DNA from: an uncultured virus (IMG/VR IMGVR_UViG_3300044640_002305)
Taxonomy: Duplodnaviria; Heunggongvirae; Uroviricota; Caudoviricetes
DNA length: 37,834 nucleotides
Strand: one strand, 5' to 3'
Virus record (IMG/VR): IMGVR_UViG_3300044640_002305
Shown: piece by piece, positions 1-10,048 of the stretch
How the letters are laid out: each line of letters starts with the position of its first letter
How positions within the stretch are numbered: position 1 is the first letter of the stretch
The notes under the pieces: model-generated
What the model was told of the DNA's origin: nothing
Database searches by the model: none
What the model saw: the letters and a program-made list of their open reading frames with translations, nothing else
Translations under genes and position numbers: made by a program

Positions 1-508
1 GTTGGGTCTCCAATAAAACTTGTTCTTTAGTGCCAGAAGGGTCAGTAGAAATTAAATTTTTTATAGTAATACCTTTATAAGCCTGATTGTCTCCTACTTT
101 AGTGTATTTATCAATTTTACTAGGGTACAGTATTTGTAAAACCCAATTATTTGGTATAGGTGGGTTTTGATTAGTTATTACATTACCAGAACCAAAAAGT
201 GGGGTCCAATCAGAATTGTTTGGTCTTGTTATACCAATAGTTTGTGGGTTAGCCCCTGTTGTAACTGTTGTTGCTGTGTAATTAATTGAATTGTCGGTAA
301 TAATGTTTAATCTACCTAGAATTCTATATTTTGTAGAATTGTCTCTTTCATCTTGAAAAACTTGGTCTGCACTAAGGATTGAAATAATTTTATTAAAATT
401 ATTTTTTAACGGACTAAGGCTGCTATCTAAATTTAATTTATAGTTAAAATTAGTGTCAGGGGCCATTTTATATCTAGCCCTACCCAATAGTTGTTCAATT
501 CTTTCCAT
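1..508 (-). CDS. Partial hypothetical (probable virion/baseplate-associated) protein, runs off window start
   Basis: ATG at 508-506, just downstream of the gp6-like stop codon; reads MERIEQLLGRARYKMAPDTNFNYKLNLD...DERDNSTKYRILGRL... and stays open to the window edge. Not in the supplied ORF track. Confidence 0.75.
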   Translation of the reverse strand, partial: MERIEQLLGRARYKMAPDTNFNYKLNLDSSLSPLKNNFNKIISILSADQVFQDERDNSTKYRILGRLNIITDNSINYTATTVTTGANPQTIGITRPNNSDWTPLFGSGNVITNQNPPIPNNWVLQILYPSKIDKYTKVGDNQAYKGITIKNLISTDPSGTKEQVLLETQ

Positions 509-510
509 TG

Positions 511-2382
511 TTACCCTTCAGTTACAGTCGAACTTCTCTTAATCCTTACTTTTATATCCCTTTCAGGGAACTTAATTTCAAACATAGAGTCTATATCACC
601 AAATAAAGCGTAATCAGAACCTAAATCAATTAGTTTACCATTATTAAATGGTATAACACCATTTACTAAAGATTCTGGTATGAAATTTTGTGATGTTTGG
701 TTTAATGAATAAGGAGAACTTATTAAATTGTAAGCTCTTATATCAATAACATTTAGTACACCACCAACATTATTAATGTTTTCAACCAATTGAGCGATAT
801 AAATATTATCACCCATTTCCCACTTCTTAACATCAAAATAATTTTTAACACTAGTAATAACGTTATTAATTAATTCTGATTGATTAATCTGTTTATCTAT
901 AAATAAGTCTATTTCAAATCCTAGGTTAACTACTTTACCATCACCAACTAATACGTAATCATTTATCATTCTATAATCTGATAACCAAGTTGCTATATTT
1001 TCTTTTAGAGTATTAGTAGATTGGTTTGTTAACTTACCTGAAGCATCTAAACCTAGTGTATAAATAATTACTTTATTTTGTTCCTCAGCTATTTTATGTC
1101 TATAAGGTGAGCCGTATCTACCAGGTATTTTAGCTAAAATAGCTTCATAATCTTTAATAGTAACCGCTCTATTTTGTGAGGCAAAATTATACTTTGTATA
1201 TTGTCTTATTTGGTCAACTGAAGGTACCCCAGCTCCACCTATTGCTGGAATTGGGTTATTAACTCTTAACGACCTTATTACCGATTGATTTGTTGGTGTG
1301 TTGGGTCCATTTACATTTAAAGTAACATTACCAATTGCGTTTATAGCATTAGGTCCTATATTACTACTAGGTCCACCACCAACTCTATATCTAATAAATA
1401 AGGTTGTGTTTGGTTTAATTATTTCACCTAAAGCTGTAGTATTTATAAAGTCACCTATTTTTATACCAGTTGTAGATATGTTTTGTAATTGTTCATCGTC
1501 TGTACTAACACCACTACCAAAAGTTAATTTACAGTAATTATTATCAGTAAATTCTCTAACAAATTTTCTTGTTGTGTGAACATACTTACCAGGTTTAACC
1601 GCTTCATTATCAGTAGTTCTACTAGTGTCTTCAATAAAAACTTTATCTTCAGCTAACGAATCCATTTCATACCATCTTAAATCTGGGTCAATGAACTGGT
1701 CTATTGTTGGGTTATTACTATAATTTGTACCTTCAAGATTTATTATACTTTCAATTGAAAGTACGTTTGTATCAGGTAAAAATATTTCAAAGAAAGGTAC
1801 TGACTCACTTTGTGAGATACTCTTTTTAAAGATTTTCGTTAAACCATTAATTACTAACTCTCTTTTAACTATAGTATAATTTTGTAATGTACCATTATCA
1901 TCTATGTTAGGTAGAATTAATCTATTAGGTGTACCACCTACAGTATAAGGTGAAGAAAAGTCTATATCCTCTAAATTTTCAAATACTTGTCCACCACCTA
2001 AAACTTGTGAACCGTATCTAATCGTTGGTGCGTATCTAATATCCCATGTATCACCGTATACAGGTACTACAACGGAGTAATCTACTAAAGTAATACTAGG
2101 TCTTAGACCTGGTACTTTTAACCCCAATGTTCTTGCTATAGCTAAAACATTTTTTCTTTCTTGTGCATAATCCAAAAAAGTTTCGTTAAACATTCGGTCT
2201 GTGTGATTGGATAACATATCTCCAACAGCCGCATTTAACTCTAATAACATCATCCCTACTGATGCGTCATTAAAATCAGAAAATACTTCTGGGTAATATA
2301 ATTTAATGAAATTAACTAGTTCGGTTCTTACATCAGCGAAGTTCCTCGCAAAATAATTTATTTTTTTACTTTGTGTTGCCAT
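511..2382 (-). CDS. Baseplate wedge subunit (T4 gp6-like / baseplate J-like)
   Basis: N-terminal INYFARNFADVRTEL...SDFNDASVGMMLLELNAAVGDMLS..DR...E.FL..AQ, LTFGSG, YRVGGG..SNI, SQNRAVT.KDY motifs typical of gp6; adjacent to a gp25-like gene. Confidence 0.9.
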   Translation of the reverse strand: MATQSKKINYFARNFADVRTELVNFIKLYYPEVFSDFNDASVGMMLLELNAAVGDMLSNHTDRMFNETFLDYAQERKNVLAIARTLGLKVPGLRPSITLVDYSVVVPVYGDTWDIRYAPTIRYGSQVLGGGQVFENLEDIDFSSPYTVGGTPNRLILPNIDDNGTLQNYTIVKRELVINGLTKIFKKSISQSESVPFFEIFLPDTNVLSIESIINLEGTNYSNNPTIDQFIDPDLRWYEMDSLAEDKVFIEDTSRTTDNEAVKPGKYVHTTRKFVREFTDNNYCKLTFGSGVSTDDEQLQNISTTGIKIGDFINTTALGEIIKPNTTLFIRYRVGGGPSSNIGPNAINAIGNVTLNVNGPNTPTNQSVIRSLRVNNPIPAIGGAGVPSVDQIRQYTKYNFASQNRAVTIKDYEAILAKIPGRYGSPYRHKIAEEQNKVIIYTLGLDASGKLTNQSTNTLKENIATWLSDYRMINDYVLVGDGKVVNLGFEIDLFIDKQINQSELINNVITSVKNYFDVKKWEMGDNIYIAQLVENINNVGGVLNVIDIRAYNLISSPYSLNQTSQNFIPESLVNGVIPFNNGKLIDLGSDYALFGDIDSMFEIKFPERDIKVRIKRSSTVTEG

Positions 2383-2394
2383 ATTTTTTTTTAT

Positions 2395-2799
2395 TTAAAC
2401 TGTGATAGTTACAAAATCTACTTTATTTAATGCCCCTTCTGTTACAATATAATCTATCCTTACTACCGCGGAATGGTCTCCCTTACCATTGTATTCACTA
2501 CTATCGGGTCTATCTACAGTTAATGTTGTTATTGTTAAATTTGGTATGTATTTACTAACTGCGTTTTGAACTTCGTTCCTAATGTCATCTCTAACTTGAT
2601 TGTCGTTTGGTTCAAATAGAAATTGTTTTAGATTTGTACCAAAGTCGGGTAGATATAATCTATCCCCTGGTGTTGTTAATAAAAGATGTAATAAATCAGA
2701 TTTAATAGCATCATAACTATTCTTATTCATTTTAAGAAAATAGTTTTTCGTATCGTCATCCCTAAATGGGAATGCTATGTTTATAAACCTTTCTGCCAT
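2395..2799 (-). CDS. Baseplate wedge / sheath initiator (T4 gp25 / GPW-like)
   Basis: IKSDLLHLLLTTPGDRLYLPDFGTNL..FLFEP motif characteristic of the gp25 family. Confidence 0.9.
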   Translation of the reverse strand: MAERFINIAFPFRDDDTKNYFLKMNKNSYDAIKSDLLHLLLTTPGDRLYLPDFGTNLKQFLFEPNDNQVRDDIRNEVQNAVSKYIPNLTITTLTVDRPDSSEYNGKGDHSAVVRIDYIVTEGALNKVDFVTITV

Positions 2800-2811
2800 T
2801 TCTTTTTATTT

Positions 2812-2819
2812 ATAAATAT
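2812..2819 (-). promoter_or_regulatory. Putative late-promoter motif ATATTTAT
   Basis: 12 nt upstream of the gp25-like ATG; second copy at 2840-2847; same motif precedes several other genes. Confidence 0.5.
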
Positions 2820-2867
2820 TCAATTATACAATTTATACCATAAATATGAAATGTAAATTTTAAGCAT

Positions 2868-2892
2868 AAAAAACCCCTCGTGTGAGGGGTTT
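2868..2892 (-). terminator. Rho-independent terminator after nrdJ
   Basis: Minus strand AAACCCCTC-ACAC-GAGGGGTTT followed by further Ts. Confidence 0.85.
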
Positions 2893-2938
2893 AATTTTTA
2901 ACCATTACTTTTTATGATGTTATATAAAGTTATGAATA

Positions 2939-4801
2939 TTACTTCACTTCACATCCTGCTCCACCACTACAAGCCAACTCACCACTAAGGTCAGTATTAT
3001 CAGAAAGTTCTACTACTTTAGATAAATCTATGTTAGATAGAGATTTCATCATTCTATGGTAAGTTTCCTCATCACAATCTTCAAAAGGAGCTTGTTGGTA
3101 GGTACCTCCATTATAAGGTAAAACTGACAATCCGTTATAGAATTTACGATTAGTCCACATCCATTCACCTGCCAAATCCCAATCTTCATCCTTCAATGAA
3201 ATTGTTGCTGAAACGTTATGTGTATTTTGTCCTGTTCTATGTCCAGGTTTAATCCATTCTTGTGATACTTTTTTAACTCTTTCCAAAAGTTCAAAAGGTG
3301 ACTCATGTCTAAGGATTGAGCCTAGTGGTGATTTTTGTGGTACAGAAATAACTGCTGTATCGTGTGGTCTAAATACTTCGTCCTCAACTAGTTCAGGGTG
3401 GTAGATAGAAAGGTATGTGTAAATAGCCTCATTTTTACCAACTCTAACTCTTCTAACATAATAATCGTTATGCCAAGCGTGAATACCTGAAGAAGTTCCA
3501 AGTGTTAATGATGTTGTACCAGCTGGTTTAACAGTTGTTGTTCTTGCTGCAGGATTAATATTAATTAAATTAGCTACTCTTTCATTTTCAGCGTTAACCA
3601 TTTCAGCAGCTTCAGTCATATTATAACCCAATACAACACCTGAACCAATTCCTGTCATTGATACCCCGATTAAGGCGTCTTTCTCGGTAGTTCGTTTCCA
3701 TACATCTCTTAGGTAATGAAAATCTGTGTAACCAGCTTGTAACGTACCAATAAATGCTGCCGCTTTAACTCTCTCATTCAAGTCTTCTTGTGATTCAATG
3801 TTTGATACGTTAACCTCACAAAGATTACAGAACTGATAAGGTCTAAGAGCAATTTCACAACAAGGGTTAGTTCCCCAATCTTTGTCGTAAGAAAAATAAA
3901 TTCCAGGTTCACCAGCTCCAGATAACTCGACTCTTTTCCACAAATCCATAAAGAATTCTTTAGTGATTTTGTTTCTTAATAGAACTGCTGAGTTATTAGC
4001 TCTACCTCTTTGTGGATTAAGTTCCCACCAAGGTCCTGATTTACACGAAATCATTTCATCATCGTCAGCTGAAAATAATGAGATAAGTGCTGCTCTTCTG
4101 ATACCACCAGCTAATACTGCGTCAGCAATGTGACATACAATATCATGTGTTTCTAGTGTTGTTAGTTTTTCTCTATCTACCTTAGCATCCAACACTTTTT
4201 TAATATTGTGAACACAATCTTTAAGTGGTTGTGGACCTGGTGCTTTACCACCTGATGTAACCAATAAAGCTCCTTTTGGTCTGATGTCTGAGAAATCAAA
4301 GATAGGTGTTGATGAATTAACCCCAAAATAAGATTTCATCAAAACTTTGATTGCGTCAGCCCATCCTTCAATTGAATCACTAACTACATATCGTCTAGTT
4401 CTGTTTGGGTCTGGTTTTCTAATTTCAGGTAACTTATCAACGTGGTGTTTTTGTACTGAATAACCTACACCTGTACCCCCTAACAATAAGAACATTGTTT
4501 CTGGAAATGCATCAATGTGGTCAATCGGTAAGAAAGCACAGTTATAAACTCTGTTTGGTGAGATTTCAATTGGTCTCCCCCCAAACTGTAATGAACGCAT
4601 GGATGGTAAAACTTTACGGTCATAAACCATTTTATAAACGGTTTCAATTTCTTCTTTTAAATGAGAATATTTTTTTTGGTGCATTTCTTTGTTTCTTGTC
4701 ACCAACTCTTCCCAAGTTTCTCTTCTTTGTTTTTCTGGTAAATACTTAGCGTATTTCATGTAGACAGTAATGTCTGATAGAATCTGATTTGATAATTCCA
4801 T
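2939..4801 (-). CDS. nrdJ: Class II (adenosylcobalamin-dependent) ribonucleotide reductase, RTPR-like
   Basis: LPSMRSLQFGG, YNCAF, GGIRRAALI, catalytic TNPCCEI, QFCNL, TTTVKPAGT and C-terminal Cys pair CSGGAGCEVK; no nrdB in window. Confidence 0.92.
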   Translation of the reverse strand: MELSNQILSDITVYMKYAKYLPEKQRRETWEELVTRNKEMHQKKYSHLKEEIETVYKMVYDRKVLPSMRSLQFGGRPIEISPNRVYNCAFLPIDHIDAFPETMFLLLGGTGVGYSVQKHHVDKLPEIRKPDPNRTRRYVVSDSIEGWADAIKVLMKSYFGVNSSTPIFDFSDIRPKGALLVTSGGKAPGPQPLKDCVHNIKKVLDAKVDREKLTTLETHDIVCHIADAVLAGGIRRAALISLFSADDDEMISCKSGPWWELNPQRGRANNSAVLLRNKITKEFFMDLWKRVELSGAGEPGIYFSYDKDWGTNPCCEIALRPYQFCNLCEVNVSNIESQEDLNERVKAAAFIGTLQAGYTDFHYLRDVWKRTTEKDALIGVSMTGIGSGVVLGYNMTEAAEMVNAENERVANLININPAARTTTVKPAGTTSLTLGTSSGIHAWHNDYYVRRVRVGKNEAIYTYLSIYHPELVEDEVFRPHDTAVISVPQKSPLGSILRHESPFELLERVKKVSQEWIKPGHRTGQNTHNVSATISLKDEDWDLAGEWMWTNRKFYNGLSVLPYNGGTYQQAPFEDCDEETYHRMMKSLSNIDLSKVVELSDNTDLSGELACSGGAGCEVK

Positions 4802-4830
4802 TTTTTAAATTTTTTATAAACTTTTAATTA

Positions 4831-6246
4831 TTAATTAATACTTTCTTCAGTATCTTTTTGTTTTTTTCTGAGTTTTGCCATCTTCAATCTTTCACGAACA
4901 TTCTCATCTTTTCTTTCCTCAACCTTTCTCTCATAACCTAAGAAAGTGTCTGAAGTTTCTGTATCAATGAATACTCGACCATTATCAAACGTACAATCCT
5001 CAAAGATAACACCATCTTTACCGAATCTAGATTTTAAAACCGCTATCGTTGCTCTATTGTTTTCTTTTTGTGTTAGAGTTCTTGCGATAGACATTATAAA
5101 GTGACCAATCTGAGCCTTTTTAATTGACCCACCCATTTGGTCCCCTGTTACTACATCAGCTGAGATTGACGCCCTGTTACCTTGAACCGCTGTCCATCCC
5201 ACCATACCATATTCAGCTAACATGGATTCAAAACCTCTCATGACGTTACCCTCACCTGACCATTCATCGTTATATCTTCTTGCCGATTCAACACAGTCAA
5301 TGTAATCTAATACAATCATGTCAGGTTTAAACCCAACTGAAATTAAATGTCTTACGTAGGTTTTAAGGTGATTAACCGTAACTCCTTCAGACGAAAACTT
5401 TCGAATAACTAAATCGTTTTCTTTACCATTTGTTCTTTCTTTAATTACTTCCATGACTCTTTCTTCTTCGTCAGATAGAGAGTTAAGTTCTATCCCACTC
5501 CAACAAGCGGCATGTTTTCTTTTGATAACATCAGGTATGTCTTCAAAAACAATTTGTAAAACATTATACCCCACATTATATGCGGTATTTGCTATTTTGG
5601 TTAGAATTGTTGTTTTACCAACACCATAAGGTGCTAGAATAACCCCTAATTCTCCCCGTGATAAACCACCGTCAGTTAATTCGTCGATACCACTTATTCC
5701 CGTAGGAACTGGATGTCTAAAATCCTCTTGTAACACTGTATCCCAACCTTCGGTAATTGATGTCCCATCATCTTTTTCAGCTCCGATGGAAAGAGCTTCT
5801 TTCATTATATCTGCACACTCTTCATACTTATCAAAATCACCGTCATCAATAATTTTTGATATCTTATCGTTGGCTTTTTTAAGTTCTTGTTGTCTACAGA
5901 AATTTAAGGCTTTATCCTGAACAAATTCCCAATCCTCAACACCTAGATTTCTTATTTCTTTTGTGATTTCAAACACATAATCTTGGGTTATCTTATCCTT
6001 AATTTCTACTTTTAGAATAGTTTCTAATGTATCCCAAGCAGGAACTTTTTCAAATCTTTCAAAATAATCTTTTATTGTGGCAATAATCAACCTGAAATAC
6101 TCATTATCAAAATATTTCGCGTGAACAATATCGATAATTCTATCTGAGAATTTTTTATTTGCTGGATGTAGAATTTGATTAATAAACTCTGTTTGAAACT
6201 TATATCCTAAATAACCTAATGTAACTTCTTTACTCATACCCAACAT
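4831..6246 (-). CDS. dnaB: Replicative DNA helicase (DnaB / T4 gp41-like)
   Basis: VPTGISGIDELTDGGL, Walker A APYGVGKT, Walker B IVLDYID, Q motif WTAVQGNR, KSRFG arginine finger. Confidence 0.9.
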   Translation of the reverse strand: MLGMSKEVTLGYLGYKFQTEFINQILHPANKKFSDRIIDIVHAKYFDNEYFRLIIATIKDYFERFEKVPAWDTLETILKVEIKDKITQDYVFEITKEIRNLGVEDWEFVQDKALNFCRQQELKKANDKISKIIDDGDFDKYEECADIMKEALSIGAEKDDGTSITEGWDTVLQEDFRHPVPTGISGIDELTDGGLSRGELGVILAPYGVGKTTILTKIANTAYNVGYNVLQIVFEDIPDVIKRKHAACWSGIELNSLSDEEERVMEVIKERTNGKENDLVIRKFSSEGVTVNHLKTYVRHLISVGFKPDMIVLDYIDCVESARRYNDEWSGEGNVMRGFESMLAEYGMVGWTAVQGNRASISADVVTGDQMGGSIKKAQIGHFIMSIARTLTQKENNRATIAVLKSRFGKDGVIFEDCTFDNGRVFIDTETSDTFLGYERKVEERKDENVRERLKMAKLRKKQKDTEESIN

Positions 6247-6266
6247 TTATAATAATAAGTATATAT

Positions 6267-6704
6267 TTACAGTGCAATTCCACTATATTCCACACTAAAA
6301 TTTTCTAAAGAAAATACTTCTTGTATTTCTTTGATTAAGGCAGGAATAATTTTACGAACATCCACAGAGTATCTTACACGTTGTGGATAAACGTTACCAG
6401 AGAACCTCTTTTTAACCACACATTTCTCATCAATCTTAATTTCAAAATCAAAAATGTCTTCATTATCATAAATGTTTTCAACTAGGATTTCTTCTTTGGT
6501 TTGTTCTTTGTAAGGGTTGTAATTTTTGTACAAGTATTCATAGGTTTTTTCTTTGAGGTCGTCCTCAATAAGTTTTACACAATCATTTACACAATCAGTT
6601 AATTCTAAAGAATTTAAAATTTTGTTATTAAAATTTTTGATTGCGAAAAATCTTTGACAGATAATGTTCCCATTAATGTACAATACAAATTCAAATTTTT
6701 TCAT
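6267..6704 (-). CDS. Hypothetical protein
   Basis: 145-aa ORF, ATGA overlap with the upstream exonuclease gene, co-oriented in the replication operon. Confidence 0.8.
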   Translation of the reverse strand: MKKFEFVLYINGNIICQRFFAIKNFNNKILNSLELTDCVNDCVKLIEDDLKEKTYEYLYKNYNPYKEQTKEEILVENIYDNEDIFDFEIKIDEKCVVKKRFSGNVYPQRVRYSVDVRKIIPALIKEIQEVFSLENFSVEYSGIAL

Positions 6705-7729
6705 TTTTTTTGGTTTTTAAAGTTTAACTTTTCTTTTTTTAATAAATTAATAAATGGTTCCATGAAATTTAGGTAACCGTTTTCACCTCCAGGTATTACA
6801 TACATTACTCCGTCTTCTATCATCATTTTTAAAACGTTTTTGTAATCTCTACCTTCGGGGTCTAATGGTAATTCTACTAAATTTCTAATTGATTCTCTAG
6901 CCTCTTCAGGTAATAAAGGGTTATTTAAATCAATTATTTTTTTATTTATTTCATAGAATGGTCCTTTATGGACTCCTCTAGATACACCGTTTAAGATGTT
7001 ATCTAATGCTTTTAGTGGTGTCGTTCTTTCTTCTTGTATAAGTTTACTTGATTCGAATATTTCTTCTAATGTTACGTTACGTTCTTTTAGTTGTGGGAAG
7101 TGTGTTAAGAGTGTATTTTCAGTTACACCATCAATACCCTTAACGTTATCACTTTTACATCCCTCAATCATCTTTATTAACCCAGCATTTGAATAATGGT
7201 GTTCAAAGAACCATTGGTAATTACCTATACCAACCTCCATTCTTTTATCTGCTAAGAATATTGTAACGTTTTCATTAATCAATTGGCAAAGGTCTCTATC
7301 ATTAGTGTAAATCATAACCTCCTCCATCTTCTTTCTGTTTTGGCAATAGAAAGCTATTAAATCATCTGATTCAACATCGGGATGTTCATATTGTCTAATG
7401 AAAAGGTCCTCAGCGTATTGTTTAACTCTGAGTTTTTGGATTTCGTAATCTTGGTCAAAAAATCTAGGTCTGTTTTCTTTGTATTCAGGATAATAATCTA
7501 AACGCAAAGTACCACCTCTTTCACCGTCCCAAGTGATTACAGCTTTATCAATCTTATGTTCAGAGATTAATTTTCGTAAAGTACTATAAAAAGCAGATAT
7601 ACCACCAATGTGTTTGTCTTTATGGTAAACGTTCTTAGCTCCGTTATAAGAACGTTTCATAAGAACGTTACCATCGACAATTAGTGTTTTTGTTTTTTTA
7701 GGTTTACTCTTAGGAGTTCGTAGACCCAT
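6701..7729 (-). CDS. 5'-3' exonuclease / flap endonuclease (PolI N-terminal / T4 RNase H-like)
   Basis: LIVDGN, YPEYKENR, ESDDLIA, TNDRDLCQL and H3TH-like GCKSDNVKGIDGV motifs. Confidence 0.9.
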   Translation of the reverse strand: MGLRTPKSKPKKTKTLIVDGNVLMKRSYNGAKNVYHKDKHIGGISAFYSTLRKLISEHKIDKAVITWDGERGGTLRLDYYPEYKENRPRFFDQDYEIQKLRVKQYAEDLFIRQYEHPDVESDDLIAFYCQNRKKMEEVMIYTNDRDLCQLINENVTIFLADKRMEVGIGNYQWFFEHHYSNAGLIKMIEGCKSDNVKGIDGVTENTLLTHFPQLKERNVTLEEIFESSKLIQEERTTPLKALDNILNGVSRGVHKGPFYEINKKIIDLNNPLLPEEARESIRNLVELPLDPEGRDYKNVLKMMIEDGVMYVIPGGENGYLNFMEPFINLLKKEKLNFKNQKK

Positions 7730-7958
7730 CTTCCGAGAATTTAAAAGGTCCTACAATATTTCTTCTATTTAATTCATCTTCGGATTCTTCAAGAACACCT
7801 ACCTCAAATAATAATTTTTTTTGCATATCAGTAATTGTTTCCCCATGTAGTAATTTTTCAACTCCACTTTGGATTGTCCAAAAACAAGTCATTTGGTCAC
7901 CTGATGATGTCAAAGCTTGTTCGTTAAGTACTTTCAATACATTATAATTAATTTTCAT
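7710..7958 (-). CDS. Hypothetical protein
   Basis: 82-aa ORF filling the gap between recA-like and exonuclease genes, overlapping the latter. Confidence 0.65.
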   Translation of the reverse strand: MKINYNVLKVLNEQALTSSGDQMTCFWTIQSGVEKLLHGETITDMQKKLLFEVGVLEESEDELNRRNIVGPFKFSEDGSTNS

Positions 7959-7970
7959 CTTTGGTATTCT

Positions 7971-9029
7971 TTAAATAAGTCCGTCAATTTCTTCGTTTTC
8001 AAAATCGTTTTCAGATTCTTCAATAGCAAAATCCAAATCGTTTTCATCAACTTCTCCAAGTCCACTTTTAATAAACATGCTAATCCAATAATCAGCGTGT
8101 TCATCTTTGTAGTCTTTTTCTGCCTCTTTAGTATCCTCAATAAAATCATGAGGTGTTACAATTACTTTACCATCCTGATACCCAATTCCATTAACGTGAT
8201 TTTTAAGGATTGAAATTTTGGAACGAGTTCCGTAATTAATACTTCTACCGTTTTTAGTAGCTTTCAATTTGTTTGTTCCAGCATTTTTTTGACTACCGAA
8301 CAAGAAAATTAGAGTACTGTTAAGATAAATAGCTTCACCACCTTTCATTTTAATTCTTGGTTGACCCATTGGTGAATCAGGTAACTCTACCCAAGGCTGG
8401 TTAACAATGACTAAAGTGTTAGTATGCATACTAGTTTCTTTTCTAGAACCCGTAATTCTACCATTAAGACCCATACCGATTTTATCAGCTAATACTGAAG
8501 CGTTATGCATCTTACCACCCTTACCGTCAAAAGTCATCTTACATGGAATAGAACCAACTGAATCCCAAAAGAAACAAATGTCTAATGGTTTACCATCTTT
8601 TTCCCATTTCTCTTTAGCTTGAGCTTCAAGAATTTCATTCATGTAATCAGTAATTTGTTCGATATATTCAAAGTCATCTTTAAAAATAAAGAACCCACCC
8701 CAATCACCTGGTGCAGTCTCAGTACAATCAAACCCCATCAATTGGGCGTGTTTAAAACTCCATTTCTTTTCAGTGATAATAAAGATTGGTAAAATTCCGT
8801 TCTTCTGACACCAAATGGCACTCTTAATGAGTGCCGTGGTCTTACCTGTATCAGAATGTCCTAAGAATACATTTAAGTGTCCAATAGCGGGACCAGGAAC
8901 TCCTGTCGCTTGTTGGAACACTTTACCTAAATCGATAAAAGTATCGGGTTTATATTTGGTTTTCGATGAGAATCTATCTGAAATAGAATCCAAAGAAAAC
9001 TCTTTTTTTGATATTGTTTTCTTAGCCAT
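7971..9029 (-). CDS. recA: RecA/UvsX-like recombinase
   Basis: Walker A GHSDTGKT, catalytic ITE, Walker B FFWDSVG, IVNQ, KGGEAI, KNH motifs; acidic tail. Confidence 0.85.
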   Translation of the reverse strand: MAKKTISKKEFSLDSISDRFSSKTKYKPDTFIDLGKVFQQATGVPGPAIGHLNVFLGHSDTGKTTALIKSAIWCQKNGILPIFIITEKKWSFKHAQLMGFDCTETAPGDWGGFFIFKDDFEYIEQITDYMNEILEAQAKEKWEKDGKPLDICFFWDSVGSIPCKMTFDGKGGKMHNASVLADKIGMGLNGRITGSRKETSMHTNTLVIVNQPWVELPDSPMGQPRIKMKGGEAIYLNSTLIFLFGSQKNAGTNKLKATKNGRSINYGTRSKISILKNHVNGIGYQDGKVIVTPHDFIEDTKEAEKDYKDEHADYWISMFIKSGLGEVDENDLDFAIEESENDFENEEIDGLI

Positions 9030-9039
9030 GTAAATTTAA

Positions 9040-9924
9040 TTAAAACGGTTCTTCTTCATCGTAATCATCATCTTTAGCTGATGATGTTTTTGCTTTTTGT
9101 ACTGGTGCTGATGGTTGTGTCTTGAAAGAAGATTCAGTTTCACTGTCATCACCTTTAGCGATAAACTTCTCAAGATTTTTATCCCACATAGGTGTTTCAC
9201 CATCTGCAATAAGTTGTACATAATCCAATGGTTGAGCTTTATAAATCTCTTTCCATGTCAATGTATCACCCATCCATTCTTTAGCGTTTGGAGATTTGGG
9301 GTCAGTCAATACTGATGGGTCCTCTGACATAATAGAAGTAATCTTAGCATAACCTTTATTATCTTTACCGATAATAATAGTTAAATCTCTACCTTCTCTA
9401 GGGTCAGTAATATCACCTTTCTTAGTGAAAAGAGGGATGATTTTATCTAAGGCACCTTCACCTTTGTAGTTGTGTGGGAATCTCCAAAATTTAATCCCAT
9501 CTTTTTCGTTAGCTCTATCAATGATTCTAGCTAAATAGAATTTTTTAGCTGAATACTGAGTTGCCAACTCTTTGTCTGTTTTGTTACCAGTTTCTTTCCA
9601 TGATTTAAACAAATCATCAGAAACATCACAAAGTGGACATTGTTCTCCGTCGTTGTGTTTTCTACAGTAGATTTTTCTCCACTTACCACCGACTTTAACA
9701 CTGTGCCAATGCCCTTCATCAAAAGGAGTATCACCGTCTTTATTAACGGGATGAACACCATTCTTAGGTGGCATAATTCTGATAGTAGACTCTCCACTAT
9801 CATGTCCGTCTTCAAGTCTAACAGCAAAATATTTACTGAAGTCTTGTTCGTATGAAGTACTCCCTCCACTGTTTCCAGTTTTGTTTTTTTCATACTGTTT
9901 CGCAATTGCGTCTAGTACACCCAT
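9040..9924 (-). CDS. Single-stranded DNA-binding protein (T4 gp32-like)
   Basis: IRIMPP, H...C...CPLC zinc ligands, DITDPREGRDL, acidic C-tail DDDYDEEEPF. Confidence 0.85.
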   Translation of the reverse strand: MGVLDAIAKQYEKNKTGNSGGSTSYEQDFSKYFAVRLEDGHDSGESTIRIMPPKNGVHPVNKDGDTPFDEGHWHSVKVGGKWRKIYCRKHNDGEQCPLCDVSDDLFKSWKETGNKTDKELATQYSAKKFYLARIIDRANEKDGIKFWRFPHNYKGEGALDKIIPLFTKKGDITDPREGRDLTIIIGKDNKGYAKITSIMSEDPSVLTDPKSPNAKEWMGDTLTWKEIYKAQPLDYVQLIADGETPMWDKNLEKFIAKGDDSETESSFKTQPSAPVQKAKTSSAKDDDYDEEEPF

Positions 9925-9967
9925 GTTACTTTTTTTTTAGTTAATTAATAAATTATGTTATGTGTTA

Positions 9968-9997
9968 ATTATAGGTAAAACATTACCATTAGTAAAC
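9968..9997 (-). promoter_or_regulatory. Sigma70-type promoter GTTTACT-N17-TATAAT driving the replication block
   Basis: Minus strand -35 TTTACT (9996-9991), 17-nt spacer, -10 TATAAT (9973-9968); directly after a terminator. Confidence 0.6.
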
Positions 9998-10024
9998 AAA
10001 AAAGAGGTCTTTTAAACCTCTTTT
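9998..10024 (-). terminator. Rho-independent terminator
   Basis: Minus strand AAAAGAGGT-TTAAAAG-ACCTCTTTTTT. Confidence 0.75.
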
Positions 10025-10048
10025 ATTTTATTACTTTTTTTTATTTTA

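Noticed and set aside
9925..9967. T4 gene 32-style autoregulatory unstructured leader
   Set aside because: AU-rich leader is indistinguishable from the other A-rich leaders here; no pseudoknot seen
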